This document shows positions 51,188 through 63,661 of a DNA stretch of 64,000 bases, piece by piece. Each line of letters begins with the position of its first letter. The first letter of the stretch is position 1. Below the pieces are notes generated by a model, which ran no database searches, was not told the DNA's origin, and was given only the letters and a program-made list of their open reading frames with translations. This DNA comes from Octopus bimaculoides. Taxonomy: Eukaryota. A program made the translations under genes and the position numbers. The DNA lies in the NCBI RefSeq assembly GCF_001194135.2, contig NC_068989.1, positions 92,534,475 through 92,598,474 of the forward strand. Direction: 5' to 3'.

Positions 51188-52067
51188 TTGCGATCAACAA
51201 TATAAACTAATAAACTGACTTTTTCCTCTCTAATCTGTCTGGCCTTGGGTCTTATTCTCTTCTGATAGCTTAGAGTTAAACTGATGTTTGCATATTTTCG
51301 CTGAATAAGAATTCCATAAAATGTCATGCGTTGAAGAATTGGATTAGAACTCAGAAGAATGTGAAGAAAGGAAACAGGAAGCATACCAATAGTATTTCAA
51401 GCATTAGGCTAAATATTTAAGAAGCTGCGTCACTAATAAAATCAAACAAGTGAAATTCTCCCATTGCAGACCTCATAAAGGAAACCCACGAGATTTGCGT
51501 ATCTTAAGAAAACTAACTGCTCAAGTAAATAAATAAATAAATAAATCAAAGAAGAAGAAAGTAAACGAAATGGTGGTGTATAGTTAGTTATCTTGGCATC
51601 AACGAAGGAATTGAAATTTTACGTAAGTCCATGAAGATGAAGATCGGGAAATAGTCTTACTGTTGAATAGAAATGATTGTGAAGAATCAAATAAAACCGA
51701 GTAAAAAAAGACAGCTGCACGAATTGTCATATACTGAGTTTATTTATGACATAAATTGATCCTTACCAAAATGTCTTGAATAAATCAGGAAATTCGAAAG
51801 GAGACGCACAAGTCGTAGAATAAGTTTTCAAAAGAATGCTTCCAAAATATATATTTACAAAGTAAATAAAGTTGTTTCGTTGACACAAAGTTGTAAATTA
51901 TCACGAAAGAACAGAAATGGTCGATCAGGGAACTTCTATGTGGTAGATGGTCCAGCTCGAGATAGCAACCAAATCTCCGGTCAAACCAAACGACAATGTC
52001 TTATGTAAATATGCTCTTCTCTTTCACCACAACTTTCTCTCAGTCTTTCTTCCTGTTTTTGCTGTAC

Positions 52068-52245
52068 CTGTATTTCAAAGGGCCAGCCTTGTCACACTCT
52101 GTGTCACGCCGAATCTCCCCGAGAACTACGTTAAGGGTACACGTGTCTGTGGAGTGCTCAGCCACTTGCACGTTAATTTCACGAGCAGGCAGTCCCGTTG
52201 ATCGGATCAACTGGAACCCTCGTCGTCGTAACCGACGGATTGCCA
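52068..52245 (+). mobile_element. Tail of the CORE-type SINE family
   Basis: ctgtatttcaaagggccagcc...tttcacgagcagg..ccgttga.cgga.caact..aac..cgacgga, homologous to the reverse complement of 25642-25815. Confidence 0.65.
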
Positions 52246-52639
52246 CGATTATATTATATCATATTATATTATATAATATATTATATATAGTTATCATAGG
52301 CGTTTTCCTATGGTAGAAACAATAGAACAATTAGTGTAAGATAACAGAGAAGACATTATATCAATTAAGCTCCCCATTCGACCTAAATTTTTACGAGACA
52401 GTTTCATGTGGAATTTATGCGTCCGTACAAAGTCTGATTAATTATTAATCAGATATGGTCAACCGGAAACCTATCCCTTACATGAAGTATTCATTTCCGG
52501 TCGGCCATATCGGATGATTATTTAATTATTCTTTTCTTATAAGAAAGCTTAATTAAATATGCAACAGCTTGTCAACATTTTGACCGCATACTTAGCTTAA
52601 TTTATAAAAGTGTTTAAACAATATATATAATAATAAGTG

Positions 52640-53285
52640 TATGATGACAGCTCATCATTTTTCGGTCATTTATTTGTATTTAAAAATTGTCTCTTCAAAT
52701 CCGAAGCCTTTCACGTTTCTTAATAAATATTATATGTAGCATTAGACATTTCAAGTATATATTAATGAACGTTGACTGAAATTGATGGGTGAGTGTCTGG
52801 CCAATCGGATGTGTAAGGAGCCGTGTAAACGTTGATTTGTGAGTTCGATTCTGCCTGAGGTTGGCTCATCAGTTTTCGTTCATTTGCTTGTATTAAAAAC
52901 TGTAGCTTCAAATCGGAGAATAAATATTATTATGATATATTATTTTGAAGTTATTATTATACTATGAGTCTTCCATTGTGGTTTTCTGTCCGTAACTTAC
53001 AAAGCCTTTCGGGATTGTTTACAAATTGTATATGTATTATAAGTATATATTAACTAAATTTGGTTGAAATTAATGAGTGAACATTTAGCCCTATCGGATG
53101 CGCAGGGAGCCATGTTATCGTTGATTTGTCGGTTCGATTCTGCCTAGGGTTAGCTCATCAATTTACAGTCATTTGTCTATATTTAAGAATTCTCGCTTCA
53201 AATCGGAGAATGAAATGCTATTATGATATATTATTATACTATGCGTAACTTACAAAGCTTTTCACGTTTGTTTAAAATATTACAT
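52640..53285 (+). repeat. Diverged tandem array (about 3 units, 214-289 bp) with tRNA-like A/B boxes
   Basis: gctcatca anchors at about 52650, 52864 and 53153; TGGCCAATCGG..AGTTCGATTCT in unit 2 and TAGCCCTATCGG..GGTTCGATTCT in unit 3. Confidence 0.7.
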
Positions 53286-53397
53286 ATACACATGCNNNNN
53301 NNNNNNNNNNNNNNNNNNNNNNNNNNNNNNNNNNNNNNNNNNNNNNNNNNNNNNNNNNNNNNNNNNAGAAACAAATATATCAGAATTCTTTTCTACT

Positions 53398-53600
53398 CTA
53401 GGCACAAGACCCGAAATTTTGGGGCAGCGGGGCCAGTCGATAAGATCGACCCCAGTACACAGCTTGTGCTTAATTCATCTACCCCGAAAGGATGAAAGGC
53501 AAAGTCGACTTCGGCGGATTTTGAACTCGGAACGTAAAGACAGACGAAATACCGCTAAGCATTTCAGCCGGCGTGCTAACGCTTCTGCCTGCTTTCCGCC
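53398..53600 (-). mobile_element. SINE family A, well preserved
   Basis: ccccgaaaggatgaaaggcaaagtcgacttcggcggattttgaactcggaacgtaaagacagacgaaataccgctaagcattt. Confidence 0.88.
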
Positions 53601-54460
53601 TTACAAATATATCAGAATTAACACTTTTACTTGATGCTTCAAGAATATACTTTAATCGCTACGAAAGTAACAAGTCCATAAAAAAGGGTGGGGGTCTTTG
53701 TTACTGAAACATTCCCTAAACAACAAAATATTTTTAATGAACGAAGAGACCTCTGCGTGATCGTTTGACCTGTTAAGAATCGAACCTAAATCTCACGCAA
53801 TTTATTGCTTGCTCTCTCAGTATAGAGAATAACAAATGGAATTATATCGACACATAATATCCATCTATTTTTCTCATTTCTAAGTCCATTTTTACCGATA
53901 TAAACGCCCATGACACAGTATATTTAATTGCAAATCCAGGAGTGTTTGTTAGATGTTAATAATTTTAGATGCCATAAGGGGCTGAAAGAAAAACGCTGAA
54001 GTATCGGATTATGGCCACTCGAGTCATATCTAGAGGAAATGGAAAAGAAATGGATCGGTTACTTGGTATGAATCGGAAGCGGATAAAGAGGCAATCAGAG
54101 ATAATCGCCGCGAATACGAGATATGTGAAGGGGGAATAAAGGTGAGAGAGGTGGTGAATAATCCATCAAACATAACATTTCATGTGGGTTTAACTTCAAA
54201 TGACGCATTACCAATTTCAGAATTTTTCTAGTAGGCTGGATATATGGCACATAAATTCATTCCTAACGTAATACCATCAAACATGCTTGTCGCCATATTG
54301 TAATTGATATCCACAGATTCAACATCTGTTGAATGGTGGGAATTTGGAGGCAGAGGAAGGTTAATTGAATAAACAGGGTCACCTGTGAATTCAATGTATG
54401 CATATGTGAGTGTATGTGTGTGTATGTGTGTGTGTATGCGTGTGTGTGTCCCCGTAAGTG

Positions 54461-54506
<46 letters not shown>

Positions 54507-55943
54507 NNNNNNNNNNNNNNNNNNNNNNNNNNNNNNNNNNNNNNNNNNNNNNNNNNNNNNNNNNNNNNNNNNNNNNNNNNNNNNNNNNNNNNNNNNNNNN
54601 NNNNNNNNNNNNNNNNNNNNNNNNNNNNNNNNNNNNNNNNNNNNNNNNNNNNNNNNNNNNNNNNNNNNNNNNNNNNNNNNNNNNNNNNNNNNNNNNNNNN
54701 NNNNNNNNNNNNNNNNNNNNNNNNNNNNNNNNNNNNNNNNNNNNNNNNNNNNNNNNNNNNNNNNNNNNNNNNNNNNNNNNNNNNNNNNNNNNNNNNNNNN
54801 NNNNNNNNNNNNNNNNNNNNNNNNNNNNNNNNNNNNNNNNNNNNNNNNNNNNNNNNNNNNNNNNNNNNNNNNNNNNNNNNNNNNNNNNNNNNNNNNNNNN
54901 NNNNNNNNNNNNNNNNNNNNNNNNNNNNNNNNNNNNNNNNNNNNNNNNNNNNNNNNNNNNNNNNNNNNNNNNNNNNNNNNNNNNNNNNNNNNNNNNNNNN
55001 TATATATATATATATATATATATACATATATGTGATTATGTATGTTTATAGTTCAAAATCAGGGTAACCCAACAAATCGTTCCCTTCCATGTTATTTAGT
55101 CGCAATCGGTTGCTAGAAACGCTTATATTTCTTTACATCACCAGAATGAATATCTGAGCTAAGGTTCATCTGAGTATTAACGAATGTAAACATAAAACCT
55201 CGCTTTTAGAAGATCACTGTTTCAGTATTTTGCCGATTACTAAACTCCATAAAGACTTATAATTAATAACTAATCTGTCTTTATATAAGGTGTGTCTTTT
55301 AAAGGTATCTTGAATCAAACCTCCTTAATTTTGTTTTTTACTGGTCAATCTGTATTTGTATGTGCGTTCGGAATTACCATACAAAGAGCTATATGTTAAT
55401 TCCGAGGTGGTGGGGAGAGAAGTTTCGAAAAACTGGAGTTTCGGATTAGGGAGACCAATTAAGTTACAGCCATTCCGTTTTGACGGGGATTTTCCCCATT
55501 TCTTTTTAACTACAGCCTTCGAAATGATGGGGAGGGGCATTCTTTTATGGAAGAAAAATAGTTTTGAAAATACTCAGTAAAAAATTATTTTAAAAATTGT
55601 TAATATTTTCAGAGGAAAAAGTGAGTGATTTAAGAGAGAATTGGCTGTCGTTTCTAGTACATCCTAAGACAATCCTCCTCGTTTCTTTCTCACTGTTGAA
55701 GTTTTTCAATATTTTTCGCCCCATAAATACATTTATATGCTATAAAAACATGTGAAAAATTATGATCCTTTTGCAACCCCACTCTCTGCCCTCAGTTGAT
55801 TCTGTTTATAATTGAAGACATTGGAGAGCTTGAGAACAACATTGTTGGCAATTGTTCACAAAGGTTAAAAAAAAAAAAAAGAGGTGTGTAAACGATAATT
55901 CATTTTAATAATAGCAGACTTTTCTGTTAGAAAATGATTTTCT

Positions 55944-56015
55944 AAGGTGCCACGCAGTGGGACTGAACCCGGAACTATGTGGCTGATAACCAAGCTACTT
56001 ACCACACAGCCACTC
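55944..56015 (-). mobile_element. SINE family B tRNA head
   Basis: aaggtgccacgcagtgggactgaacccggaac...gctacttaccacacagccactc. Confidence 0.85.
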
Positions 56016-56379
56016 TTGTGTTTGACAATATTTTGTAGTTAAAGTTTGTCATTATTATCATTATTAATTCCAGACGACATTTTACGTCAGAAATCGCAAT
56101 TTTTGAACTATTTGCATTTGAACTACTCACATTTGATACAAAAAAAAAAAAAAAACTGAAATGTATATTATTGCAGTTGAATAGAAAAGTATAAATATGC
56201 TTTTCTTCAGCGATCCCCATTTGGGACTTTTCGAAAAATTTATCATAATTTCCAAAATAATTCACATATCAAGAAAATTTAAATACTGTATATTATTCCA
56301 ACTCCTAAGACACCTGGCAAAGCCAAAAAAAAAAAAAAATTATGAAGGAAAAAACTTGGCAGTTGATGGGTTAATATAT

Positions 56380-56580
56380 TGACGGAATCGTTAGCATGCA
56401 GTGCAAAACGCTTAGCAGCATTTCAGCCGTTTTCGCATTCTGAGATCAAATTCCTCCGAAGTCGATTTTGTCTTTCACCCTTTCGGAGCCGATAAAATAA
56501 AAACCAGTTGAGCTTTGGCGTCGGCGTAATCGACTTTCTTCCCTGGAACTTGCAGGCCTTGTGCCAAAATTTAAAACCAA
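56380..56580 (+). mobile_element. SINE family A
   Basis: ggaatcgttagca..gcttagc.gcatttc..ctgagatcaaattcc.ccgaagtcgatttt..tttcaccctttcggagccgataaaataa. Confidence 0.75.
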
Positions 56581-57041
56581 TATATTTTGTTGCTCTAAAT
56601 TTATTTACATATTTGGTCAATATTTGAATATTCTTTACACAACCAACATTTATTACGACCAGCAATATCTGAAAAACCTTTTGTTGGTATGTCTCTTTGT
56701 GCATTAAAATAGTTCTGTGTGATCAATATTTCAAAATATTTTACACTACAAATTATAATTATACATACAAATATATACAATAGAGATTCTGCTTGATATA
56801 CCTATGAATTCATATCGTTCTTTCATTATTTTTTATTGGTTTAAGTCAATGGATTGCAGCAATGTTAGTACACCACATTGAAGAACTTTTAATGTATCAT
56901 ATTGAATGAATAATTTTTTGTAGAATATAGAATTTTATCGATATTTTTTTAGCACAACTGCTTGCTAAAAGGACAACACGGAGTCCTGTTTGAACAGTGC
57001 AAATGTAAACACAACCGCGACACAGATATATAATATACGTA

Positions 57042-57090
<49 letters not shown>

Positions 57091-57250
57091 ACACACACAC
57101 ACACATATATATATATTTATATTCAAAGAGAATATGCATATTTATGCAGACATATGTAAATATATACATATATTGTTTTTATAAACGTTTATGAATGCAA
57201 GAAACTGTGTGTGTGTGTGTGTGCATGAGTGTTTGTATATATATACATAC

Positions 57251-57289
<39 letters not shown>

Positions 57290-57759
57290 CACACATACCC
57301 TACCCTGAACCATCAAACCTGTTGGTGTCTTAGGATCGCTGATGTGACATACGATGTGTCTTGCGCATTTAAACCTTGCCGTACCCATCCCTGTCTAAAT
57401 GTGATCATAGAGGATGTCTTCTTGAGAGAAAGAGAAGGTGAGGGAGAAGAAAAAATAAAGGAGATAGTGAGAGAGAGAGAATGTAGGCTGGTTCGACCTC
57501 GATAATTCAGAGTTACTTGATTTGTTGACACCGAAGAGACGATCTGTTAAGCAATCTCAGCGGAATTTGAACACTGGCCGAAGAGAGCTGCTACGAATAC
57601 CGTAACGCATTTTCCCGCCGTTCTTACAACTCTGTCACTTCGACACCTACACACACATACACACACAACTACGCGCGCGCGCACACAAACATACATACAC
57701 ATATGCTCTTTCATGCTATCAACAGATACATGCACATATTTAAACTCATATATCTACAC

Positions 57760-57798
<39 letters not shown>

Positions 57799-58528
57799 CA
57801 CACATGCGCACACTCACACAGAGCTATGTTATCCACATTATTGCACATTCCTCACACACTTAAACTAAAGAGATCACCTTTACACCTACAGGTGGCGCTT
57901 TAGCAATTCAATACCTCCTTAACTAGCCTTGCTTATTTAAGATTCTCGCAGGATAAACAAAGGCGTTTAATTTGGATTTAAGAAACCCAAGCCATTAGTG
58001 GAAATGCAAATGACTGCAAAACCTCTCTAGGATTTCAATGTGTAAAGTTAAATGCTTTGTTATGTAGAGAATGCCTTACGGCAGCAGATTTTTGACTTTC
58101 GAAATAAATCCTAACTTTGTATCCATGTTATACATAATTCCAAGAATTATCAATGATTGCTGATTCTTTCTGTGTAAGCGTCAGTATGTGTATGTATGTG
58201 TAAGTGTGTGTATGTTGCTATGTATGCCTAAATGTGTGTATGTTGTAGGTGAACACAGTTATAGCGTAGTCATATTTGGGTGATTAAGGAATGCGGTTGA
58301 CAGACATTCGATTTCGGTTTCCGTTTTGATCTCATCGTGTGATACACCCTGGTCAAGTATTTTGTACCGTAACGGCGATTTGAACAGGGGTTTGTAAGGA
58401 AAATTAGTTTTTTTACGGATAGATGTCTATTTGGTAGGTATAATCACTTAACTGGTTTAATATAAAGCGATTTTTGATAGCACATGTGTGTGCATGCGCG
58501 TATGTATGCGTGAATAATTGATAGATAG

Positions 58529-58573
<45 letters not shown>

Positions 58574-58880
58574 GCACACACACACACACACACAGACATA
58601 CACACACAACATTTTCGCTTGCAGCTTAACCTTTATCTATTTATCGGTTTCCAGCTTCATTCCTTTTCCCACTCCTTCTTATACTCTTCATCCATCGAAA
58701 GGCCTCATGGGAAACCTCAAAACTAAAACTTTCTATTTTTTTGGCGCGTCAAACTTTAAGTAGAAAAATCTAAAAATAACGGAGTGTAAATATTGGGTTA
58801 AAATGCTTTTTGTACAAAAAAAGGCGAAGGCTGATCGTGGGACATATATACACATACATACGTACGTAAGTGCGTGCATG

Positions 58881-58914
<34 letters not shown>

Positions 58915-58985
58915 TACGTATTTGCATACATACGTACATACATACATACGTACGTTCTTGCATACATACATACGTACATATATAC

Positions 58986-59423
58986 ATAAAACTGAAGATC
59001 AGTGAAAAAAGAAGATACCTACGCTGAGCTATTAAGAAATCTGCAGTTACTCTATCCAGATTACAAGTTCAGGTTTATAACTGCAATTATTGGGGCCCTG
59101 AAATATGTAACACACTGCTTAAATACCAATCTTGAGAAATTAGGCTTCTCAAAATCAGAAAGGAGAAAGCTAATTCGAAGTCTATAGATCCAATCCATTA
59201 CTTGAACTGTGAACGTCTCTAAAACTTTCCAGAAGTTTATCGTTTAAATATATAAAAGCACGACTAGATATGCAACTATATGCATGAGAATACATACATA
59301 CAAAAATACCCTGTTTATATTGTTGAAATTTCAATGAAGGAACCTTGGATTTAGGTTAGAAACCATCTCTTTTTCTATTGGTAGGAAATCTTGAAGTAAA
59401 ACTGAACAATGACATACATACAT
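58986..59423 (+). mobile_element. 5'-truncated RLE-type non-LTR retrotransposon 3' end (family 2) between (CATA)n tracts
   Basis: KLKIS(frameshift)EKEDTYAELLRNLQLLYPDYKFRFITAIIGALKYV...LEKLGFS..RKLIRSL*IQSIT*TVNVSKTFQKFIV* resembles the RLE C-terminus (KE..Y..L...L...IIIGALG...L..LG...LQ......T); 3' UTR ends GACATACATACAT. Confidence 0.7.
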
Positions 59424-59992
59424 GTCACCTAATGTGCACAAGTTGCTAAATGTGTCTTGGCAGGATTCTAAAACACCCGTTGTGTCACAAGCAAACTTGA
59501 AACTCTAAACACTTGGTCGGGTCTATTTGAAAATCTGGATGTTAGTTCCAAAGACTGCGAGACAGGTGTTCAATCCGGAGACGATGGTATCCACTAATTC
59601 GCCAAAAGAAATTTGTCCATATGCTTGCATTTGCTGAAAATTTTGGATCTGGAATTAAGCAGCGCAGTGGAATTCTTAGATCTAAAATGAATGCATCCAG
59701 TATTTGTTTTCGAGATGGTGAGCAAATAAAATTTCCTGAAACTTAAGCATCACATTTTATTTCTTATGCACTGGATGAAAACCTCTAAATCCACCAGATG
59801 CACACAGTGCTCTCTAGCTGCTGACCCTTCCCTCTGCAATAAGTATGGCCATATTGTTCCCATATCTGCCATCTCTGAAGAGCATGTGGCATTATTTAAC
59901 CGCGCTGTTGTCTAATACACAGTGTGAAGGTCTGCTGAAATGGAGCTATAATGCTGAATACTTTGATTAATGCGTGTGTGTGTGTGTGTGTG

Positions 59993-60040
<48 letters not shown>

Positions 60041-60248
60041 CGTGTATGTGTGTGTGTTCTGTGGTGGTCTGTGATAAGGAGTAGCAACACAGGTTTAATG
60101 GTATCTTTCGTTACCGCAAAAGGGAGAACAGTGAATATTGGAACGACAGAAGCAAATAAAATATCCAGCGGTGGATTTTTACATCCTGTGTGAGAAACAA
60201 GACAAGACAAGAAATGAAGAAAGGAAGCAAGGAAGGAAGGAAGGATAG

Positions 60249-60249
<1 letters not shown>

Positions 60250-60312
<63 letters not shown>

Positions 60313-60317
60313 AAGGC

Positions 60318-60378
<61 letters not shown>
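60250..60378. repeat. (GATA)n microsatellite
   Basis: Direct reading. Confidence 0.95.
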
Positions 60379-60379
<1 letters not shown>

Positions 60380-61774
60380 CGGGGTATTGACATTACAAGG
60401 AAAATGTAATGAAAGCGAAATGAGTAATTAGTCATTGAAACAACCTAACAGAAATTAAGAGAAACGATATACAAAACAGATAAATGTAAGGTGAAGAACA
60501 TTTAAAAGGGAAATAAACATTCTAGCAATTACCATCTAATTGTTTGTGTAAAACTGAATTAATCAAATTATAAAAGTAGTTTTTACCAACAAATCATAAA
60601 AATAAACATGGCGGTATGTCTTAAGAAAACATTGCCAAATGGAGAGATTCTACATGGCAATGAATTACGCTGAATAAATGTGTGGATATGTGTTCGTAAA
60701 TGGGACGTGTGCGTGTGAATGTGTACATACATATATGCATATATATATNNNNNNNNNNNNNNNNNNNNNNNNNNNNNNNNNNNNNNNNNNNNNNNNNNNN
60801 NNNNNNNNNNNNNNNNNNNNNNNNNNNNNNNNNNNNNNNNNNNNNNNNNNNNNNNNNNNNNNNNNNNNNNNNNNNNNNNNNNNNNNNNNNNNNNNNNNNN
60901 NNNNNNNNNNNNNNNNNNNNNNNNNNNNNNNNNNNNNNNNNNNNNNNNNNNNNNNNNNNNNNNNNNNNNNNNNNNNNNNNNNNNNNNNNNNNNNATATAT
61001 ATATATATATATATACACGTGTATATGAGTAATCTGACGAAAAAGTGTAGTATTCCATCTATTCGGTTGGGATTACATGTATTTAAAAGCAATTTGACTC
61101 AAATCCACAATACTTTAAAATTTCGTAGGCGTACGAACTCATCAGATGTTATGATAAATATATGAGTGTGCGTGTGTGTGTGTGTGTATATATATACTGT
61201 GTGAGTGTGTGTGTATGTATATATATGCATACATACACACTCACATACATACATATAAATATATATACGCATATAAATAGGTTACTGTTCGTTAAGGTAA
61301 TATCAACAAAAACGATACTCCAACCAATGAGAGATAAATGTCATTTAATGTACATTGTATTAAGATAAGAGCAATTGATAGGTTCTTGCTAAGAAGACAC
61401 GTGGTCAGGCAGTTTGTTACATGATTGCTTTTTGTGAGACTAATGATCTGGTGTAGAAATCAATATACGTATGCTTCAGAGCAAAGTGTTAGTCGGGTGT
61501 AGAGTGACAATAAAATGAGATGAATATATGAGTGTGTATATATACGAGCATATATGCCTGTGTGTGTATGTCTATGTGTGTGTGCGTATGAGTAAAAATG
61601 TATGTGTGCAAATGTAATCATAGATGTGGGTGGATATATCTATGCGTGTATACGAAGATATATGAGGTCACTGGTACAGTTATGAGAGTGTGTGGTTTTA
61701 CATAACCTCGTTTATATTTGTAGATATGTCTATAGTTGTGCATGAATATGTATGTATAAATATTCTTTCTATTA

Positions 61775-62229
61775 TTGGCACAAAGCCTGAAATTTTGGGG
61801 AAGAGAGCTCGATGATTTCTTCGACCCCAGTACAAAAGTGGTAATTATTTTATCGATTCCGAAAGAAGGAAAAGCGATGTCGATCTAGACGGCATTTGAA
61901 CTCAGAACGTAAAGACGGGCGAAATACTGCTAAACATTTGGCCCGCGTACAAATGTTTCTTCCAGCTTGCCGACTTAATATGGATGTATAAATATGCGTG
62001 GGAATTCTTAGACGAAGACAAGTATCAAAATATTGATTTCAAATTTTGGCACAAAGCCTGCAATTGTCGATCCCATCGACCACAGTGTTCGACTGGTGCT
62101 TATTTTATCGTCTCCAAAAGGATAAACGTCAAAGTCGACCTCGGCGGAATTTGAACTCGGAACGTAAAGATGGACGAAATACCACTAAGGAATTGACCTG
62201 GAGTGCTAACGATTATGCCAGATCGCCGC
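61775..62229 (-). mobile_element. Two adjacent SINE family A copies (61775-61976, 62033-62229)
   Basis: Both show ggcacaaagcctg..cgacc..cagt..ttttatcg..gtcga...atttgaactc.gaacgtaaaga.gg.cgaaatac. Confidence 0.8.
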
Positions 62230-62537
62230 ACGGCATATGTATAAATCAAAATATTACAGTCATGTTGTTGGGCGATTGTGTATATGTAACTGTATATGGC
62301 TACATATAGGTGTATGCCTAAGAATGCATGAGTGTAAATTTTGGGGATAAAGCAATAAAACATTCTCAGTCTGATGTTAAGATATCCAGTTCGGGAATTG
62401 ATACGCATTAACACAGACCTGAGAATACTTGGATACCACAGTGAGACATCATGACACTTTATATGTATAGAAGACAACACAAAAGGAGATATACATGTGA
62501 ACTAAGGGGTCGAGCTTGAATGAATCCAAATATGCCT

Positions 62538-63017
62538 TATTATTAGCTTTGCCTTAGCGAAGGCGGAGGTATTGTTTTCAGTCGCATTTGTCTGTCCGTG
62601 GTCATGATATCTGAAGAACCGCTGGATGGATTCGGAGGGAACTTTCAGGGATGTTTGGCCTCGTGATTGGCACGAACTTATTAGAGTTTGGGATCGATCC
62701 GGTTCCGGACAAGGATTCTTAATAATTTGTTATATCTACTTTACTTTCATGATTACGATCTTACGGTAACTTTCGAATTTTTCTCAATTATCTCCCTTTA
62801 GGTTGTAACTATTTTGAATGGTAAATTTGTTAACTTTGGCTTGTACTAGATAGGGATAAACTGTTTATTATTGTTACTAAATTTTCTACAGCCATCTTCA
62901 CATCCCATGACTACCATTAGTATCAGGTACGGACAAGGATTCTGAATTATTTTTCCGTCTTTTTTTTTACTGAATTTCTGAAACCAGTCGGGTTCATTTT
63001 TAGTATTCTCGTTATGA
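62538..63017 (+). mobile_element. Non-autonomous Helentron-associated (HINE/DINE-1-like) element, partial
   Basis: 5' ttattagctttgccttagcgaaggcggaggtattgttttc followed by GTCT/GTCC micro-repeat, ggatggattcgga.gaaactttcagg and gatccgg motifs typical of HINEs (family label from recall); ggacaaggattct duplicated at about 62707 and 62930. Confidence 0.6.
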
Positions 63018-63029
63018 ATTAATGGAAGA

Positions 63030-63661
63030 ATTCCTCAGAGATTTCCACAAAATCCTCGGAGCTTTCCAGGAATTTCTCGGAATGACGTCCGCGGAACTTT
63101 CCAGGAGGTATGTGGACATTTCCAGGGAGTCCTTGGAACTTTCCACGAAATCCTCAGAACTTTCCAGGGATTCTTCGGAAATTTCCATGAAATCATCGGA
63201 ACTTTCCAGGAAATCCTAGGGACTTTCTGAGGGTTTCATTGAAAGTTGCGAAGACTTCCTGGAAAATTCCGGGGATTTCATGGGAATCTCCGAGGATTTC
63301 AGGAAATTTTCCTATGATTCATGGGAATTTCCGAGGATCTCCTGGGAAATTCCGAGCTTGAGCTACTTTCCTGGAAAATTCAGTTGTACTTCCTGGAAAG
63401 CTCCGAGAATTTCATGGAAAGGTCCGAGGATGAGACTTCCTGGAAAGTTCTTAGAAACTCCTGGACAATTCCGAGGCCTTCCTGGGAAGTTCCGAGGATT
63501 ACTGGGATGTTCCTGGGATGGGCTGCTTCCTGGAAAGTTCCGAGGGTGAGCTGCTTCCTGGGAAGTTCCGAGTATGGGGCTTCCTGAAATGTTTCGAGAA
63601 TTTCCTGTAAAATTCCGAGGTCTTCCTGGGAAGTTCCGAAGACTTCCTGGAAAGTTCCGAG
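63030..63661. repeat. 21-bp minisatellite (about GATTTCCTGGAAAGTTCCGAG) with an orientation switch near 63230
   Basis: GAACTTTCCAGGA-type units at 63030-63220; TCCTGGAAAGTTC-type units at 63240-63661; spacing of about 21 bp read directly. Confidence 0.9.

Noticed and set aside
59325-59372. Possible HHR relic in the RLE family 2 3' UTR (TTCAATGA..AACCT/AGGTT..GAAACC)
   Set aside because: Three core mismatches; cannot be distinguished from chance without a family consensus.
59450-59900. Frame containing HMLAFAENF, reminiscent of a DFAEN transposase motif; similarly KFHYDDVWDF..DRTSLT at 43224-43340
   Set aside because: Single short motifs without collinear support.
26962-63661. CRISPR-like interpretation of the 14-bp and 21-bp arrays
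   Set aside because: No unique spacers, no cas genes, eukaryotic context.
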